Shown: positions 1 through 50,323, numbered from the stretch's first letter. The stretch: 64,000 nucleotides of DNA from Amoebidium appalachense (GCA_963693365.1 CAVNZM010000002.1:2930259-2994258); one strand, 5' to 3'. Program-made: numbers and translations. The notes: a model not told the origin generated them from the sequence alone.

Positions 1-125
1 AGGAGAGCAAACAGAAATAAAAACACAATAAGTTCTTATCAGGCAAGAGAGCCAGGTGTGCACAGATCTATCGATATCTGTGCCCACAGAAACAAGGGAG
101 AGAGACATACGGGGGGGGGGGGGGG

Positions 126-243
<118 letters not shown>

Positions 244-324
244 ACAAAGGAGGAAAGCAGACACGAATACAAACAAGCTAGGACACATACATACTTCAAG
301 GCTCTTGCTGTCATACATGGTGAC

Positions 325-1008
325 GTATTCCAACAGGGATGGTGTAGCAGCCCGGACGGGGTGCTCCGGTGGAAACCACACTTCCGACGGAGTAGGTCTC
401 TCCAATTGCTGTCGATTGCCTGCATGGTGGTGTTTCTAATAACTGACCCTTTGAGGAGGAAGAGGATGGCCGGGGCCACCACACTGTTGGCTACGTAGAT
501 CACTTGGCTGGGTGCCAGCATTTTACGGGCTAGTATGGTGGTGGCCCGTAATGTCAGCTGCATGGCCTTCCCATCGTTGGGCCGGGTGTGTCGTTGGAGG
601 GTGATGTTGACCCCTAGCACTCTGATGTGCGCATCGGGGGGCTCGATCTGAATGGGTAGGGGGTGGTGCTCCCGGGGATTTGCGGTACTGCAGGGGGGCC
701 ACTGTTGCCCGTGTTGGAGTACCACGGGCGAGGACTGAAAACTTGTCTGGGTGTGGTTCCAAGTCATGGTAGTAAAAAAGGGGGGCAGATAAGTCGAGAG
801 TTTGCTGGATGCTCTCCTTGTTGGGGCCAAACCATGTTGTGTCGTCGGCGAAGGCTACAGACGTCACACACGGGGGTGTTTGTGCCGGTGTGTGGTGCTG
901 TGTCTGTGGGGGTAGGTGGAAAGTGTACCCCTTGCCGTGCCTTTTGATGGCTGAAAGAGGACAAGAGAGGGAGAGTACTTTGAGCTGCAATGCGTTGACC
1001 ATTGCCAT
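325..1008 (-). mobile_element. Degraded fragment of a non-LTR (LINE-like) retrotransposon reverse transcriptase, frameshifted
   Basis: ORF 523..1008 contains VTSVAFADDTTWFG (RT catalytic F/YADD motif) and a P-x-K-like segment (PHPDKF). The frame shifts near 670 into ORF 39..830, which has IRVLGVNI (the YLG motif region) and a thumb-like region (VIYVANSVVAPAILF...IDSNWRDLLRRKCGF...LLHHP). Both ends are truncated and flanked by GA/G tracts. Confidence 0.8.
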
Positions 1009-1060
1009 ATGGCCTTCGTTGAATATTCGTACGTGACGGTCGAAAGCGAACGCGAGAGGA

Positions 1061-1980
<920 letters not shown>

Positions 1981-2164
1981 GCCTCCTAACTAAGAAAGAA
2001 CTACATTCTGCCAAACCGCATCTGATTCAGCAAAATAGACTTGCTGCAAGCAAAACGGTTCTGCAAAGTTACTATGATACTGTTTGAGAGTCTGGCAGGA
2101 TTACTCTGCTTTAAGCAGTATGATTCCGCAACAACAACTATTTCAAGTTTTGGCAGAATTGTTC

Positions 2165-2231
<67 letters not shown>

Positions 2232-2539
2232 AAGTTGTTCCATCATGATGACATCAGACCATATTAATAATTCTTCAAGTACTGTTAAGATACCAGAATC
2301 TCCTGCTTTTATTAGCAGGTTCTGAGTGATGCACAATGCAAGTTGTGTAGATGGACTCTACTTTTGGCAGTAAATGTGTCGCCGTGAAGTTCATAAACTA
2401 TTCAGCTAAACGCAGGATTACTACTCTGCAGAAAGCGGAATCTATAATTGAAGTGAGCAGAAGGATTCTGCTTTGCCAAGGTTTGCCCTACCAATTGTTG
2501 AAAATGAGGGGCTTGAACGTGAGTGAGAGAGTGAACTAG

Positions 2540-3391
<852 letters not shown>

Positions 3392-4463
3392 ATGCCCATA
3401 TGCATGCACATATGATAATGGCGCCCGCCGCCTTTGGAAAGGCGCTAGCCGCGCCAGGAGTTGCCAGGCTGGATCTAGATCGTTTTTTCATGCCAATAGG
3501 AAGCGAGAACAAGAGCCAATCAACGGTAACGCGTCAGAATCACATAGTCTTACATATGAGATACGTAACACGAGCCTGAAAAGGCATTACTAATACAAAA
3601 TTGTATATTATACATTGTATACATATGTTTTTGTACGCCAGTTAATGTTTCAGCTTACGCAGCTGCTGCAGCACCCGATCACGTCCCTGTGTTGATTTTA
3701 CACTTCTCAGATGACAGATTAGATAAGCCATTCACAGCGCATCAAAGATCTATGTATACTACAGCATTTCCATGTTTGGCTTCTACCAAAAGCTTTTGAT
3801 TGGTTCACAGTTTGCTTTCTCATTGGTTGACTTGTGGTTATCCAACCGTAATCCAATATTTGGTACGATCCACATTCCAGAATCCGCGGCTGACTGCCGT
3901 TGTGTGCATGTGTCATATGTACACCGTGAACGTGAGCTCGTGTGAGTACGCTCCATGTATAGTAAGTGTAAGATATTTTCTCTTAGCGCTCTTTTTCCCT
4001 TTCAGGCATGGGCATTTTGGGTTTGTGGGAGTTATTGGTGAAGCCTTCAGTGATCATGTCATCCCTCGTTCATGGTCACGGGATTGACATGACTGACTCC
4101 GTACGTACCGTCCGTACACCGCTGCAGGAGGTCATGAGCTGCAGCCTGCAGCCTTTAATGATCGGCATTCTACCATAAAATTTACAAGCCTTTATCGACA
4201 ACACTAATAGAACAAAAACCATCCACGTAAACTAGTCGTTGGTATTGGTAGTAGGAGCTGTTTGCGCCATGGTATACGGTGGGCTTCTCGCTCAAAAGGA
4301 AGCCCCCTTCTGCTTTTCCTGGACTGAGAAAGAACACACTGCCAACGTAATACTTTGAAGTTCTGTTCGAGTTACTGAAGTATAATGTGTACAAATACAT
4401 AGCTGAATGCATAAGAAACCGACTTCAGAAGTTACTTACATAGATAGTGCACGTAATAACACC

Positions 4464-14049
<9,586 letters not shown>

Positions 14050-14275
14050 GGGGATAAGTTAAAGTCAACCAACCACTCTAGCAGTTGCGTAGTGGGTGTG
14101 GGTGCAGGCAGTTCGGGTGGGAGTACGGTTGGGGTGCTGTACATCGATTCTTACATTGATCTCGATGGCACATAGGTATCGAGTACCGTTTATCATACTC
14201 TTTTCGAGAACTTGACCGTTTCAGCTGAAGTCGGTGCTTTCAGTAGTGGCAGTGGAGTCTAAGTCCTAGGCCTAA

Positions 14276-14309
<34 letters not shown>

Positions 14310-14313
14310 TCGC

Positions 14314-14345
<32 letters not shown>

Positions 14346-15021
14346 AATAAATAAATAAAAAAAATAGCAATTACAGCAATGACTTACAGACTGGCAACGG
14401 AGAAGCATTTCCGGACGTTTCTCTTCTGCATCACCCTGTGTGCCGCGAGTCATGCGTGTGCAGCGGCAGTGTGCGACGGGAACCGGTGACACCGTGAGAC
14501 TCGGAGTGTATTGTGTATGTACGTATAGATATTGATGCCCTCCTGCTGGCACGGCGTGGCTGGGGTAGTAAGCCTGCCAGCAAAGTGTCAGTGTATTAAT
14601 AGTTAGGTTTGTGAAGGATGGTTTAGCTCAGCAGCTGAGCACATAGGTCTGAGCAACCTAAATAGTGTACTGTCCGGTGCTGTGTGGTAGACGGTAGTTC
14701 CGGCCTAGAGGGCCTGCACTGGGGTCATCCGAGAACAAAACGTGGTTTAGTAAAAAAAATATATATATATATATAGATCTTGATGAACCTTGGAGGCAAG
14801 TCAGTCGGCGTCTTAGGATGTGACTGTCGAACGCCCTACTTCTTATTCCTAAGCTTAACATAAGTTACCTTGCGCAAGGGTTTTACTTCATTATATGTGC
14901 CACGGGTTCAAAATGGTTCCAGATTCCTGTATTGTTCCCCCCCCCCCCCCCCCCCCCCCCCTTTTGCGATTCAACCAATTTGGTATGGTGTGACAGTGTG
15001 ACACTGTGTGTGTGTGTGTGT

Positions 15022-15055
<34 letters not shown>

Positions 15056-17280
15056 TGTGTATTCCAACAGTTTGTGTGTGTGCATGCACTGGGGAGGGGG
15101 GGGGGAGGGAGGTGGGCTCTCTCAGTGCCTCGGGACGTCTTGTCGTCTGACGGACTTCGAGGTACACCCCTGGAGCCCCCTCTGGAACCCCCTTCTCCCC
15201 TCCCCCCTTCCTGTTCCCGCCCCCCCCCCCCCCTCCCCCCCCTCCCTCCTTCTTCTTGTGCTCCCCCCCTTCCCCCCCCCCCCCCCCCACCCCCCCCCCC
15301 CCCCCCCCCCCCCTCCCGGTCCGACCAGACTCAGCTACTTATGAAGTATGCATGTGTTATCTCTAATTTTCAAGGGGTCGCGGACGATCATGAGAGCGGT
15401 AGCTCACGTGACTCGCATTTTAGATGCCCGAAAAATAGCCAGCGTAAATTTTATGGTACATACTGTATGTATCAAGACTCTGATAGCATGATGGGCTAAG
15501 TACAATAGATCTGGACCAGGTGAATACCCTGGGCCGTGTGCACATATATAGGACTGTCAATTAAGGGTGTGCTGAGCTTAGTTAGCAAATAATACCGTAG
15601 CACCCTAGTTAGCTAGAGTACTGTCGGCCAGTGGGTGGAAGACGGTAATATTATTAGTTCCCCATGAGGGCCCCCAAGGGGTCCCTCCGGGAACAAAACG
15701 GGATAAATGAAAAAAAAAGGCTGGCGTTACTTAGACCTAGCATGATCATGAGGGCACCGTCAGACCGTGTCGACTGTCGACGTCAGCTGCAGTGCCAATT
15801 GCAGGGTGCCAGCCGGTCACTGACTCATGATAGCTACAAGTCAAGATTGCAATAATTTTTTTTGCAAGCTTACACTGGAAATGACTTACCCTAATAGTAT
15901 CCGATATATGACGGATGAGCCTGACTTCACCATGATAGGTAAGCATGATGATATATTAAACATAGTTCATTGCAAGGACCATGCGATGCTAACACGTACT
16001 GACGTGTTGCCGCACGTGCGACGTTTTAACATCTACTCAGGCGTCCCTTTTAAGTAAAAAAAAAAAAAAAAAAGAAAAAAAAAAGAAAAAGAAAGGAGAC
16101 ACCGCCTCAGTAGGTGGTAGCATGCGATGATGCATACCCGACACATGTGTACCCCCGGCCGTGAATGATGAAGTTCATCTCAGGCTGACGAACCAGTGTA
16201 CCGTACCGCCGTGTACGGCCCAGTGCATGTGGGGTCCCGGCGAGTGATCACTATATGAGAGAGTAACTTACATCTAGAGGGGTACCGTATACGTACATAT
16301 ATATATATATAGCTCAGTCGACATACTCTCACCTCAGAGTCTTGCATTTCAAGGGGGCCGCCGGCCTACATATTATTATGCATGGCCCAACAGGCTGACA
16401 GATGCCGTACGCCAGCTCGCGTGCACGTGGGCTGAACACCCTCTGCAAATGTTTCCCGCCAAGTTCGATCAATCATTACAATTGAGGTAGCACCATTCTG
16501 CCATTGTGTGATTATGCATATGAATTCGCATTGAGGTGCCAAAACGTGCGCACGTGCACAGGCAGTCATACCGTTTGTTGTGCCACGTGAGCGACAAACG
16601 CACCCCCGGAATGCACAAATGTCCGCCGGGGCCCGGTATTCACACCATGGTTCGACACTCCCCACACGAGTCCCCAGTCCCTGACGCCGATAACACTGTG
16701 GCACCCAAGTTGTAGGTCGAAATATCATGATAATATCATGCCAACTATGACTATTGTAGGGTCACACGTTTGCCAGATTATTGTGGCATCACACACAGTA
16801 CACTGGATCAGGTAGTTTTTTTCTGCTACATAGCTTCGTCTTTGTCTTCATTTGCTTTGATTTTTATATCAGGTTCTGTAGAAATTCTCACACATACAAG
16901 TTTACAACTTGATTTTTTCTGGAATGTGCTATACGATAGTTGATAATTTCTGATTGGTCCCTTCTATCCTTCAATAAATCCCCCAAGTGGGGGGTGATCG
17001 GTTTGTCCGTACCTGCGCTTCCGGGAATTTTAGACCCCGTTTCCAAATGTGTGTAACAGTATGTAACAAGTAACTATGGAAAATTGAGCCTCGCTATACC
17101 AAATTACCCATTTTTCGTGTGAATGATTTGTACTATATGTAGAATCACATGCAATCCTATGTCTGTAACGGAGTTTTACGTGGCCTAAATGTCGAAAAGG
17201 GAAAAAGTTACACACGACTCGTCCCACACATATAAGTTTGGGGGGATCCCTTCAATTTGTTCAAAATATTTGCTATGCAG

Positions 17281-17311
<31 letters not shown>

Positions 17312-17860
17312 CCCCGCGCTTGTTTCCTCCTTAGTTCTCCCCTCCTTCCTTTTTTGAACTATTTTTCTCCTTATACATAACTCCTATGACCGTATATTTT
17401 TGGGCTACCTAAAGGGCCAGGCAGTGAGTGAGTCAGTGACTGTGATGCTGCGTTTCGTCACAAACGTTCGTGACAGGGTTAGACAGTACTCGGAAAATTC
17501 CTACAAAATACCCCACCCCGAAAACAAAATACCCCACTTGCTGAGGGACCGGGGTACTCTACCTTGGGCGACTAGGGTACTATGGGGTACACAAGGGTCA
17601 CAGTATAGGGTATACATACAAGGTTTTTGTGACTATATGTTCCTGCCTGGTTGCCTCTGTGAAGTTACCTACATAATAAAGCACTGTTTCTGGGGGTCTG
17701 TTCAATACCGGATATTGGGGACATCGAGTGTCTATCTCTAAATTGACATATCTCTGTTCGTAATATTTGTCAGTATTCAATCAGCGGCCTTGGACTTGGG
17801 CGCGGCGGACCCAGCCGGGGCAGAACATGGGGCTTGTTGGGCCGGATGGAGGGAAGAGGA

Positions 17861-17897
<37 letters not shown>

Positions 17898-18724
17898 GGG
17901 GGGGGGGGACGTGGGGCTTGTTGGGCCGGATGGGGGGAAGAAGAGGGGGGGGGGAGGGGGGGGGGGGGGTTAAGATTAGAACCTGGAAGGCTAACATCAG
18001 TAGACCACAATGCGTATGGAAGAGGTTGAAAGATGGTTAGCTATATTTAAGCCTTTCTTTGACTCTCAGTGCCATTTGCAGGTAACGGGGGAAGGGAGCG
18101 AGGGATTGGAGGAAGGGCGGGAGGGGAGATGGGGTGGGGTGGGGGTGGGGGAGTGGGGGAGGGGGGGGGGGAGGGGGGGGGGGGGGGGGGGGGGGGGAGT
18201 GGTTGAACAGAGGGTCAGAGAAGGAAGATACATACTGTGGGGGGTGCGGGGGAGGGGGTGGGGAGACAAAGGACGTTTGGAAAGTTGGCTGGGTGCTGGA
18301 GGGGCCGGGGGCCCTGAGGGGGGCGGGGGGGGGGGGGGGGGGGGGGGTAGACAACGAGAGAGATAATACGTTGGAACTGGAAAGAAATCCCAGTTGCCTG
18401 TAGGCGGAGGAGACAGGCAGAGGGAGAGCAAGAAGGGTAGTGAGGGAGGGGGTGGAGGTGGGGGTTAGAGGGGGGAACTTCGGAGAGAAGGGACCGGGAG
18501 TCTCAGAGCCCTGTAAAGAGGGGGGGAGAGAGAGAAAGAGACTCTCGGGGAGAGCGGGAGAGAGAAGGGGGAGGGGGGGGGGGGGGGGGGGAGGGGGAGG
18601 GGAAGAGAGAAAGAGAGAGAGAGACTCAGGGGGGGAGGGGTCCGAAAGAAAGAGAGACAGAGAGGCAGAGAGAGGGAAGATCGAGGAGAAAGAGAGACCG
18701 TCGGAGAGCCTGCGGGGAGAGGGG

Positions 18725-18774
<50 letters not shown>

Positions 18775-18801
18775 GAGAGAGAGGGAGAGAGAGAGAGAGA
18801 T

Positions 18802-18839
<38 letters not shown>

Positions 18840-18884
18840 AAGAGAGAGCCTCGGAGAGAGAGAGTGAGACCGACAGAGAGAGAG

Positions 18885-18916
<32 letters not shown>

Positions 18917-19113
18917 AGAGAGAGCCTCGGAGAGAGATAGAGTGAGACCGACAGAGAGAGAGAGAGATAGAGAGAGAGAGAGCCTTTTGGGGGGGGGGGG
19001 GGGAGAGAGGGAGAGAGAGGGGGGGGGGGGAGGGGGGGGGGGGGAGAGAGAGAGAGAGAGAGAGGGAGGGAGAGAGAGGGGGAGAGAGAGAGCGAGAGGG
19101 AGAGAGAGAGAGA

Positions 19114-19163
<50 letters not shown>

Positions 19164-20570
19164 GGGAGAGAGCCTCGGAGAGAGACTTTCAAATCTCTAG
19201 AAGGGGGTGCGCGGGCGCCCCAAAAGGGGAAGTGACCGTAAGAGAAATCCCCACGAGCGAGACTTATCTAAGAAAGACCCACAAGCTAGAGACACGGAGA
19301 GAACTTAGCACACAGCAATAGATGCGAATGTGGTCACACTAAGTAAAGCTTTTCAGCAGGCGGCGCGCTGTGCGCGCCTCTATTCATTGAAGTAAGTCAG
19401 CAACACAATGTCTCTATCCTGAGATGCACAGGCGATTATAAAGCCTAAAGGAAAGTCTTAGGCTGGCTGTCTCAGGTTGTAATCAGTGGAGCAGGTAGGC
19501 GGGTGGTTACAAAACATTTTTTCGAAGAGCGGTTTTCGGAGTCTCGGGGGCTGCCAGCTACAGGATATATACATATTAGCGGATAGGTATACATAAACAT
19601 ATCTGACCTATCTAGAGTGTGTATATCCCGAAAATACCCCACCTTTCGCGAGGCCAAATTACATGACGTCACGACGAAAAATACCCGATTGTGAAACCCA
19701 AATGTTGAACCCTGTTTCGTGATAAAATTTCCGGGCCAAACAATAAAACTACAGTATGCGGTTTTATCAGTAGAATTTTTCTTCGTATTGCACGCCCGCT
19801 GTGATTTGATGTAAATAAATCACGCATGCCAGTGGCGTAAATTGGCCCTGGTCCACCTGGAGTCCTGAGCCGCGGAGCTGAACACATGAAACTTTTGTGC
19901 AGGAGTCACGGTAACGACGCTGCAAAGTGTGAAAGTCCGAACCACGGAAACAAGGCGAAGGTCTCTCGCCAGGAACGGTTGCACGGCCTCTCTTCAACGC
20001 ATGCGAACAATTTTGTAGGTCAGTACTACTGTAGCTCTTCTCACTTGACAGGTGCTATGATCCAGATACTTGTGTTATGATGATTCAGCGAGCTCTGAGT
20101 CTCAGAGTCACCACGTCTGTACAATAAGTCAGAGTGCCCAGTATGTAGTGCCAGGGCTGCTGTCACGGTTGTCATCCGAGACGCAGTGAATACTGTTACA
20201 GAGAAAGTTTAGTCACAAAGTTTGCTCGAGAAAAAGGCACTGAAGTGAGTCATTGCATCATCATGCTCAACACTGAGTTACTTGGTGAAACAAAGTGAAC
20301 CTCATGGCTGGCAGAGTATGTACACTGAGTACCGCAAGTGTTACGTTATGTGTGAGCTATTATAATTACATGCTCTGATGTTCAACTTAGAGTAGCTAAC
20401 CCATCCCCCCCCCCCCCCCCCCCCCCCCCCCCCTTTGGCTCCCTGGTGGTGGCACGTGCACACTATATCACCGTGGCAGTTGACATATGTAAGGTCGCAC
20501 CGTCAAATTAAGTGTCCGAAGTTGACTTTCTCTTGTGGTTTGCAGGGATCCGGGAAACTTGCACCCGGCC

Positions 20571-38447
<17,877 letters not shown>

Positions 38448-39033
38448 TTAGTAAATGTTGTTACTATATTTTTGGCACTTGTTTTTTCCTTAATTTTATG
38501 TAGTGCTGGTATTACTAATAATAGTAGTTTTCGCTATAGAAGCGATAATGGTCCAACCGCGCCGGCCGGTGGGCAAACTAATAAATTTAGGCCTTAGCAG
38601 GTTACTAAGGAATACTACGGAATGCTGGCCGTCAGAACCCCACCAGCGTTCAAAATGCAACAAGCTTGTTCGGACGTTAGGTGAAATTCAGTAGTTGAAA
38701 ATGAAAATCCCAAATCCAGAAAATGTCAAAATCGGAGTTTTGGCAGGTCATAAATTGGAATTTATGGACTTCATAAAAATCTTAAAAGGAATTTAAATGT
38801 AATGAAGGGAAAGTCCTAAAGTCCTATATTAATTATACTATATGGGACGTTTATATTAGGCAAGATAACTTTCAGTGTAAATTCCTGGTGTTGGGCACCC
38901 CCACCAATATCTCGACCGATGTTGTCGATGCAAGTGGGCAGACAACAGCCGCAGGAAACTATGCAAGCTTGACAGGATGTCATACACACACTGTCAAAGT
39001 TACCGAGTCTGCCCCCCCCCCCCCCCCCCCCCC

Positions 39034-39188
39034 CAGGCTACTCATAAAATTCACCAACACGCTGCCGCACTTGGTGCACACACTGCAATCAACTTTTTTT
39101 TTTTTTTTTTTTTTTTTGGGGGGGGGGGGTTGATTGCAGTGTGTGCACCAAGTGCGGCAGCGTGTTGGTAAATTTTATGAGTAGCCTG
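39034..39188. mobile_element. Foldback/MITE-like element: 60-bp near-perfect inverted repeat with a poly-T/poly-G spacer
   Basis: 39034-39093 (caggctactcataaaattcaccaacacgctgccgcacttggtgcacacactgcaatcaac) is the reverse complement of 39129-39188 with one mismatch. Confidence 0.8.
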
Positions 39189-39934
39189 ATTTAAGGGAGG
39201 GAGCTAGGGGGGGGGGGGGGGATATGTCACGGATATTCAGATTCATATATGAGAAACAAGAACCCAAAGTAAAAGCCTGACCGACACGCAAGTATTCGGG
39301 GAGGGATTTAGAAATTTCTAAAAATTGGCTTTTTGGGAGATAGTGTATGTCTTGTGGATTGAATAATCCAGAATTATTACCGCTTTACCCTCACGTGGTC
39401 GGCAGGTGTTGACAAACACCGTGTACGCAGTCCAAAAATTCAGCTAGATATATACCTAAAAATATCCAATATGCATATCTCTTTCTCGGGTCCCAAAGAC
39501 CATACTACCAACATAAAAAAATTAAATCGCACGTTGGAGTTCATACACCATTTACAGCCCAGAAGTCATATCATGCTACCCGAAGGTTTAAAAAAAATGA
39601 TAAAAAAAAGGACATAAACCCAACTCAATCAATAGTGACATCTTGAACCTTCACGGGTGAAAAACAACAGAAGAGCCAAAACCAGGATTCGAGTAGACCC
39701 CGTACCATGGAATCAACCAAGCTGACAAACAAAACAAAACAAATGAAACAAAAAAACAAAACAAAACAAAACAAAAAAGGATGCTGGAATGAACAGACAT
39801 GTACCACAGACACACATTCCCACTTAGCACGTGAAAAGACCGCAAGCAATCGCAACCAACACTCACAAATGTAGAGAGAAAACATCATTGCTATCAAGTC
39901 ATACCACAAAATCCACTTCCGTTAAACTCCATTA

Positions 39935-39966
<32 letters not shown>

Positions 39967-40024
39967 TTTTTTTTTTTTTTTTTTAACTACGTGCCTTTGC
40001 ACCCCTCTGGGGCACCTTTCTCCC

Positions 40025-46143
<6,119 letters not shown>

Positions 46144-46801
46144 GGGGAGTGCACTGTTAGCCGGCATAACACAGGCTGCGGACATGGCGCATGTATGTGG
46201 CCTTTAGGACCACAACTTGCTACTTTCGATCCCAAACGGGAATTGGAATCGTAAGATCTTAGGTTAATTTCCTGTGGAGAAGTCATGATAAGCGACATAA
46301 GCAAGTGTCAAAGCAAAATGCTCCACCCCATGCAAGTGTGCCGACTGAGTAACAGGATCAAAGGAGCTTCAAAAAGAAAAAGAGAGCGACTATGGAAGGT
46401 ACGTCTAGAATACAGTGGGCAGTTACTAGTCTCCCTATATGGGAAAAAAAAAAAGAGTGACAGAAGGGATGGAAGGAGCACGAAAGAGACAAAGCCGTGG
46501 GCAAAAAAAAAGCTGTTGTGCTACTGAGCCAATAGCAGTAGCTGCTAAATGCTCCGTGCCAGAAGAACGAACGAAAGAATAGGTGGCTACCACTTGAGAT
46601 TGACTAGGGAACGAGATGGACAGAATGAGCGAAGGGCCAAAAAAAAAAAAAAGTGAGGGAACAATGAAAAAGGAAAAGATGAAAAAGTTTCCGACTTCAG
46701 TGAAAAAAGATGTACCTCCGCACTTTTAAAATTCTCCGTCCATTACTCCCTCCATGTAACAAAGGCCGGCTCGAGAGCCGGAAGCCAGATCTCGAAAACA
46801 T

Positions 46802-48323
46802 CCTGGCATCCAAAGCACAAAATCCACCGACCAAAATGTAAAGATAAATCACTATCGTTTCCCAAACGATCGTTTCGTAACCCAAGCGAAAGCGAAACCC
46901 GCGCCCTAGCGCCTAGCGAACACGAGTATGCGCGGGTCCGGGTGCGTGTGTGTGTGCGGGGGCGAGGGGGAGGGAGCTGTACGTGTTCATCAAAAACGGC
47001 TGCTGGCGGCCGTGAGCAAATATTACGAAAACGGGCGCGTGAGATCCCGGGATGATAACCGTTGGCCGTTGTATGTGGGCCGGGCGGGGAAACAAAGCGA
47101 AAATGAGTGGGGTGTCACGTATGACGGACGGTAAGAATCGTTGAAATACCGGAGAGCGATGTAAAATAGATGATGGGTGTCAGAAGGCTGGTGGTGTTTA
47201 CGGGTAGTTTTGTTCATCTCAAAACCTGCAAATAGTAAATGCTGAACACAGCAGTACTAAATTAACTTTTTGTTGATGATTTATTTTTTGGAAGATATGG
47301 TTTATTGATTGAATATAGGCTAGGTGCAGACTCCTGCGTTCTTGCGAGGCCCTCTATCAAGAAAGTCTGCATAACTCATTTTAAATGGTCAAACACCAAT
47401 AGTATTAATTATATAGCATTTTACGCGACTGCACACAGTTATGTGGAGCGATGTAAACTCAACGATTCTTACTGTCCGCAGTGCTCTTCAAACCGTTGGA
47501 ATGCGGCACGTTTCTAAATTTCTGTTCGGCGAACTTGGTTTGGCATGTGAGCATTTCGACACACACAAAAAGGAGATTTTGGGTATAACAGGGGTTTTTC
47601 ATAGCATATAGCAATATTGTTTAATTGTCCTTTTTATTTCTAGAACCAGTCGGCAGAACTGGTAGCACATTACAAACTTTAATATAAAGCCTATCTACTT
47701 GCAATTGAGAAACGGTTCACCCCGCGGCCGTTGTAGGCATCTTGGACTTTGTGTAGAAATGACAACAAATGTGTCAATTATGACGTCATTCTATAGACTA
47801 CTCCCAAACTTTACCAAAGCTCGCTCAGAGATTGCGTTTTATTTCGCGTGCGTCTCCGAATTTTTCTCCTGGAGGGTCAACGGTACACTTCTATCTGTCT
47901 ATTGCTACTGTAATTTCGGAGCGTGTTTTTTTTTTTCTTTCTGTGTGTTATAACTGCCTGTATAGGTTCATGTTTCACCTCATTTTGTCCACTATCGACC
48001 AATGTTTCGGCGAAATTTTTGGCCTCGTTCCATGTACACGTGTGCCATGACGATATCGGATGGTGGCGTTGCTGTAGACAGGCCACTGTAGGACAAGAAA
48101 GTTCACACCTTCACACCAGGGTTCCTGTAAATTTGCAAGACTATATCGGCGGGGAGTGAATAGTGTTTCGTGTGTGGCGCTTAGGAGGAAAGAGAAGGAA
48201 GGGGTCGAGCTCCTTTTGCAATTGCGAACCAACCCAGCCAATGCCCCCAGAGGCCCCCACATAGCCCAAACCTCCAATCGCACTGCTGTTTCATCACAGG
48301 CTTAATCATTTACAGCTGACAGG
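46802..48323. promoter_or_regulatory. Probable bidirectional promoter region between divergent DYRK1 and ELMOD genes
   Basis: Head-to-head gene orientation. The region nearly lacks the long microsatellite and poly-C tracts typical of introns here. No specific motif was identified. Confidence 0.4.
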
Positions 48324-49318
48324 ATGGTCGCCTCTCTGTATGTCTTTTTTACTGCGCTGGCAGTTCCCATTGTTGCCTATGCGTTTACAAGGGCATTGGC
48401 CCCTCCTCCAGATCCTTCCGCCCTCTACACATCAGTTCGAGGTGCTGCCGTAGTATCATCCAAGGAAAGGGACGATAGAGGTAGTTGGTGGAGAAGAATT
48501 GTCAAGTACATTCTTCATAAGGTGACGGGTAAATGCGAGCTCCAGAGATTATGTGAAGGGCCGGCACTCTCTCCAGAGGTGTATTGGGAGGTCGAGTGGT
48601 CGTTGCGGCGGTCACACCAATTGGCCGAGTTATACAGAAACATCACTAAGGGCCAGACCTTTAGCGCTGCAAATGCAGTAAAAGCGATAACGAGCGCAAA
48701 GAATTTGCAAACGACAAACGTGTTTATGCTGGCAAACCTGACACAGTGTCTGGATAAGAGGTATGCATATTGTTCTATGTTGTGTATTAATTGCTCCGAA
48801 GCAGCCCACTACACTCACCACCACCAACATCAACACCACACGCCGCCACAAAAGTGTTAGCGTCAAGATCCCATAATTTGCTTCTCCTGTAGGCCTTCCC
48901 AACGCATACCCACACCCACATCCACACCCACAGGCACACGCGCTCACATACAGACACAGACACACACACACGCGCGTGCGCACACACACACATGCAACCC
49001 CCCCCCTCCCCCCCCCCTCCCCCTCCCACACACACACAAGGTCAGATTTGTCGGTGCTTACACTTTGCAGCCAAACTTTATCTTTTAAGCAGTTCGATGC
49101 TTCCCCCCCCCTCCCCCCCCCCCCCCCGGCCCCCCTCCCTGCCCTCTCCTCCCCTCTCTCGCTCTGGCTCACTCTGGCTGCCTGCTCTCTCTCTCTCTCT
49201 CTCACTCTCACTCTCTCTCTCGCTCTCTATCTCTCTCTCGCCCTCTCTCACTCTCATTATCACACACTCTTTCGCTCACACACACACACACACACATACA
49301 CACACTCACACTCACACT

Positions 49319-49357
<39 letters not shown>

Positions 49358-50287
49358 CTCTCTCTCTCTCTCTCTCTCTCTGCCTCCCTCCCCCCCCCCC
49401 CCCCCCTCCGTCCCCTCTCTTTGGGTTTTAATTCTTTGGCGGAGTCCCGAGGGCGCGAGCTTCGGAACACTCCATCTTGTGTGTGACCTGTCACCAACCT
49501 CCTACCCCCCCCCCCTCCCCCCCTCCCCTCCCTCCCCCTCTTTCCCTCCCTGTTTCTCTCGTTCTTTGCTTCCCCCCCTCTTCCTTTCCCCTCACTCTCC
49601 TCCCTCTCTTTCTCTCGCTTTCTGTCTCTCCTTCCATTCCCCCCTCCCCTCCCCCCTCCCCTTCCTCTCTCCCCTCCCCCCCTCCCCCTGGCTTCCCTCT
49701 TATATTGCTGTCTTGAAGCCCCCCCCCCCTCTTCCTCTGTATGTGTGCCTTGTATGTTTGTCTATCTTTACTCCTTCCCTCCTTTCCCTAGAACCTTTCC
49801 TCCCCCCCCCCCCCCCCCCCTCCCCCTCTCTGTCTCTCTGTCTCCTCTGTACGGGTGGCGTCGGGTTCTGTATTTTCAACACTCCCGTCTGAATTATTTC
49901 AGTCTCTTTTCCTCTGTCTCCCCCTCCCCCCCCCCCCCCCCCCCCCCCCGGGGGGGGGCGCTTAAACAACTTTCCCCACTGGGCCTCCCCCCCCCCCCCC
50001 CCCCCCCCCCCGCCCTCTCTTTCTCAAAAAAAAAAAAAAAAAAAGTACGACTCATCATCTCCTGTCCTCCCAGCCCCATTGCACCGACTGTACAACACAT
50101 AATACGTCCTCTGTGAGGCACCCGCACTCCCTTTCGGCTATCTGCGTTCACACGTGTTAAACCCCTTTTCACCACTTTCAAACCCCCCCCCCCCCCCCCG
50201 GGTTATGATCATGTTGACTCATGTTTGCTTTGCACATTTCTTGTGTTGTCCGCCATGAACATGTAATACATACCCTTGAACTGATAG

Positions 50288-50323
<36 letters not shown>

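Noticed and set aside
1985-2525. AT-rich unique-looking segment interrupted by (TA)n, possibly a decayed gene or transposon
   Set aside because: The frames examined are broken by stops and I recognised no motif.
17975-18085. Possible orphan exon MRMEEVERWLAIFKPFFDSQCHLQ followed by a GT donor
   Set aside because: No partner exons or recognisable domain were found.
18500-19200. Recurring gagagcctcggagag motif in GA tracts (also about 2770-2815)
   Set aside because: Cannot be distinguished from slippage or low-quality consensus in purine-rich sequence.
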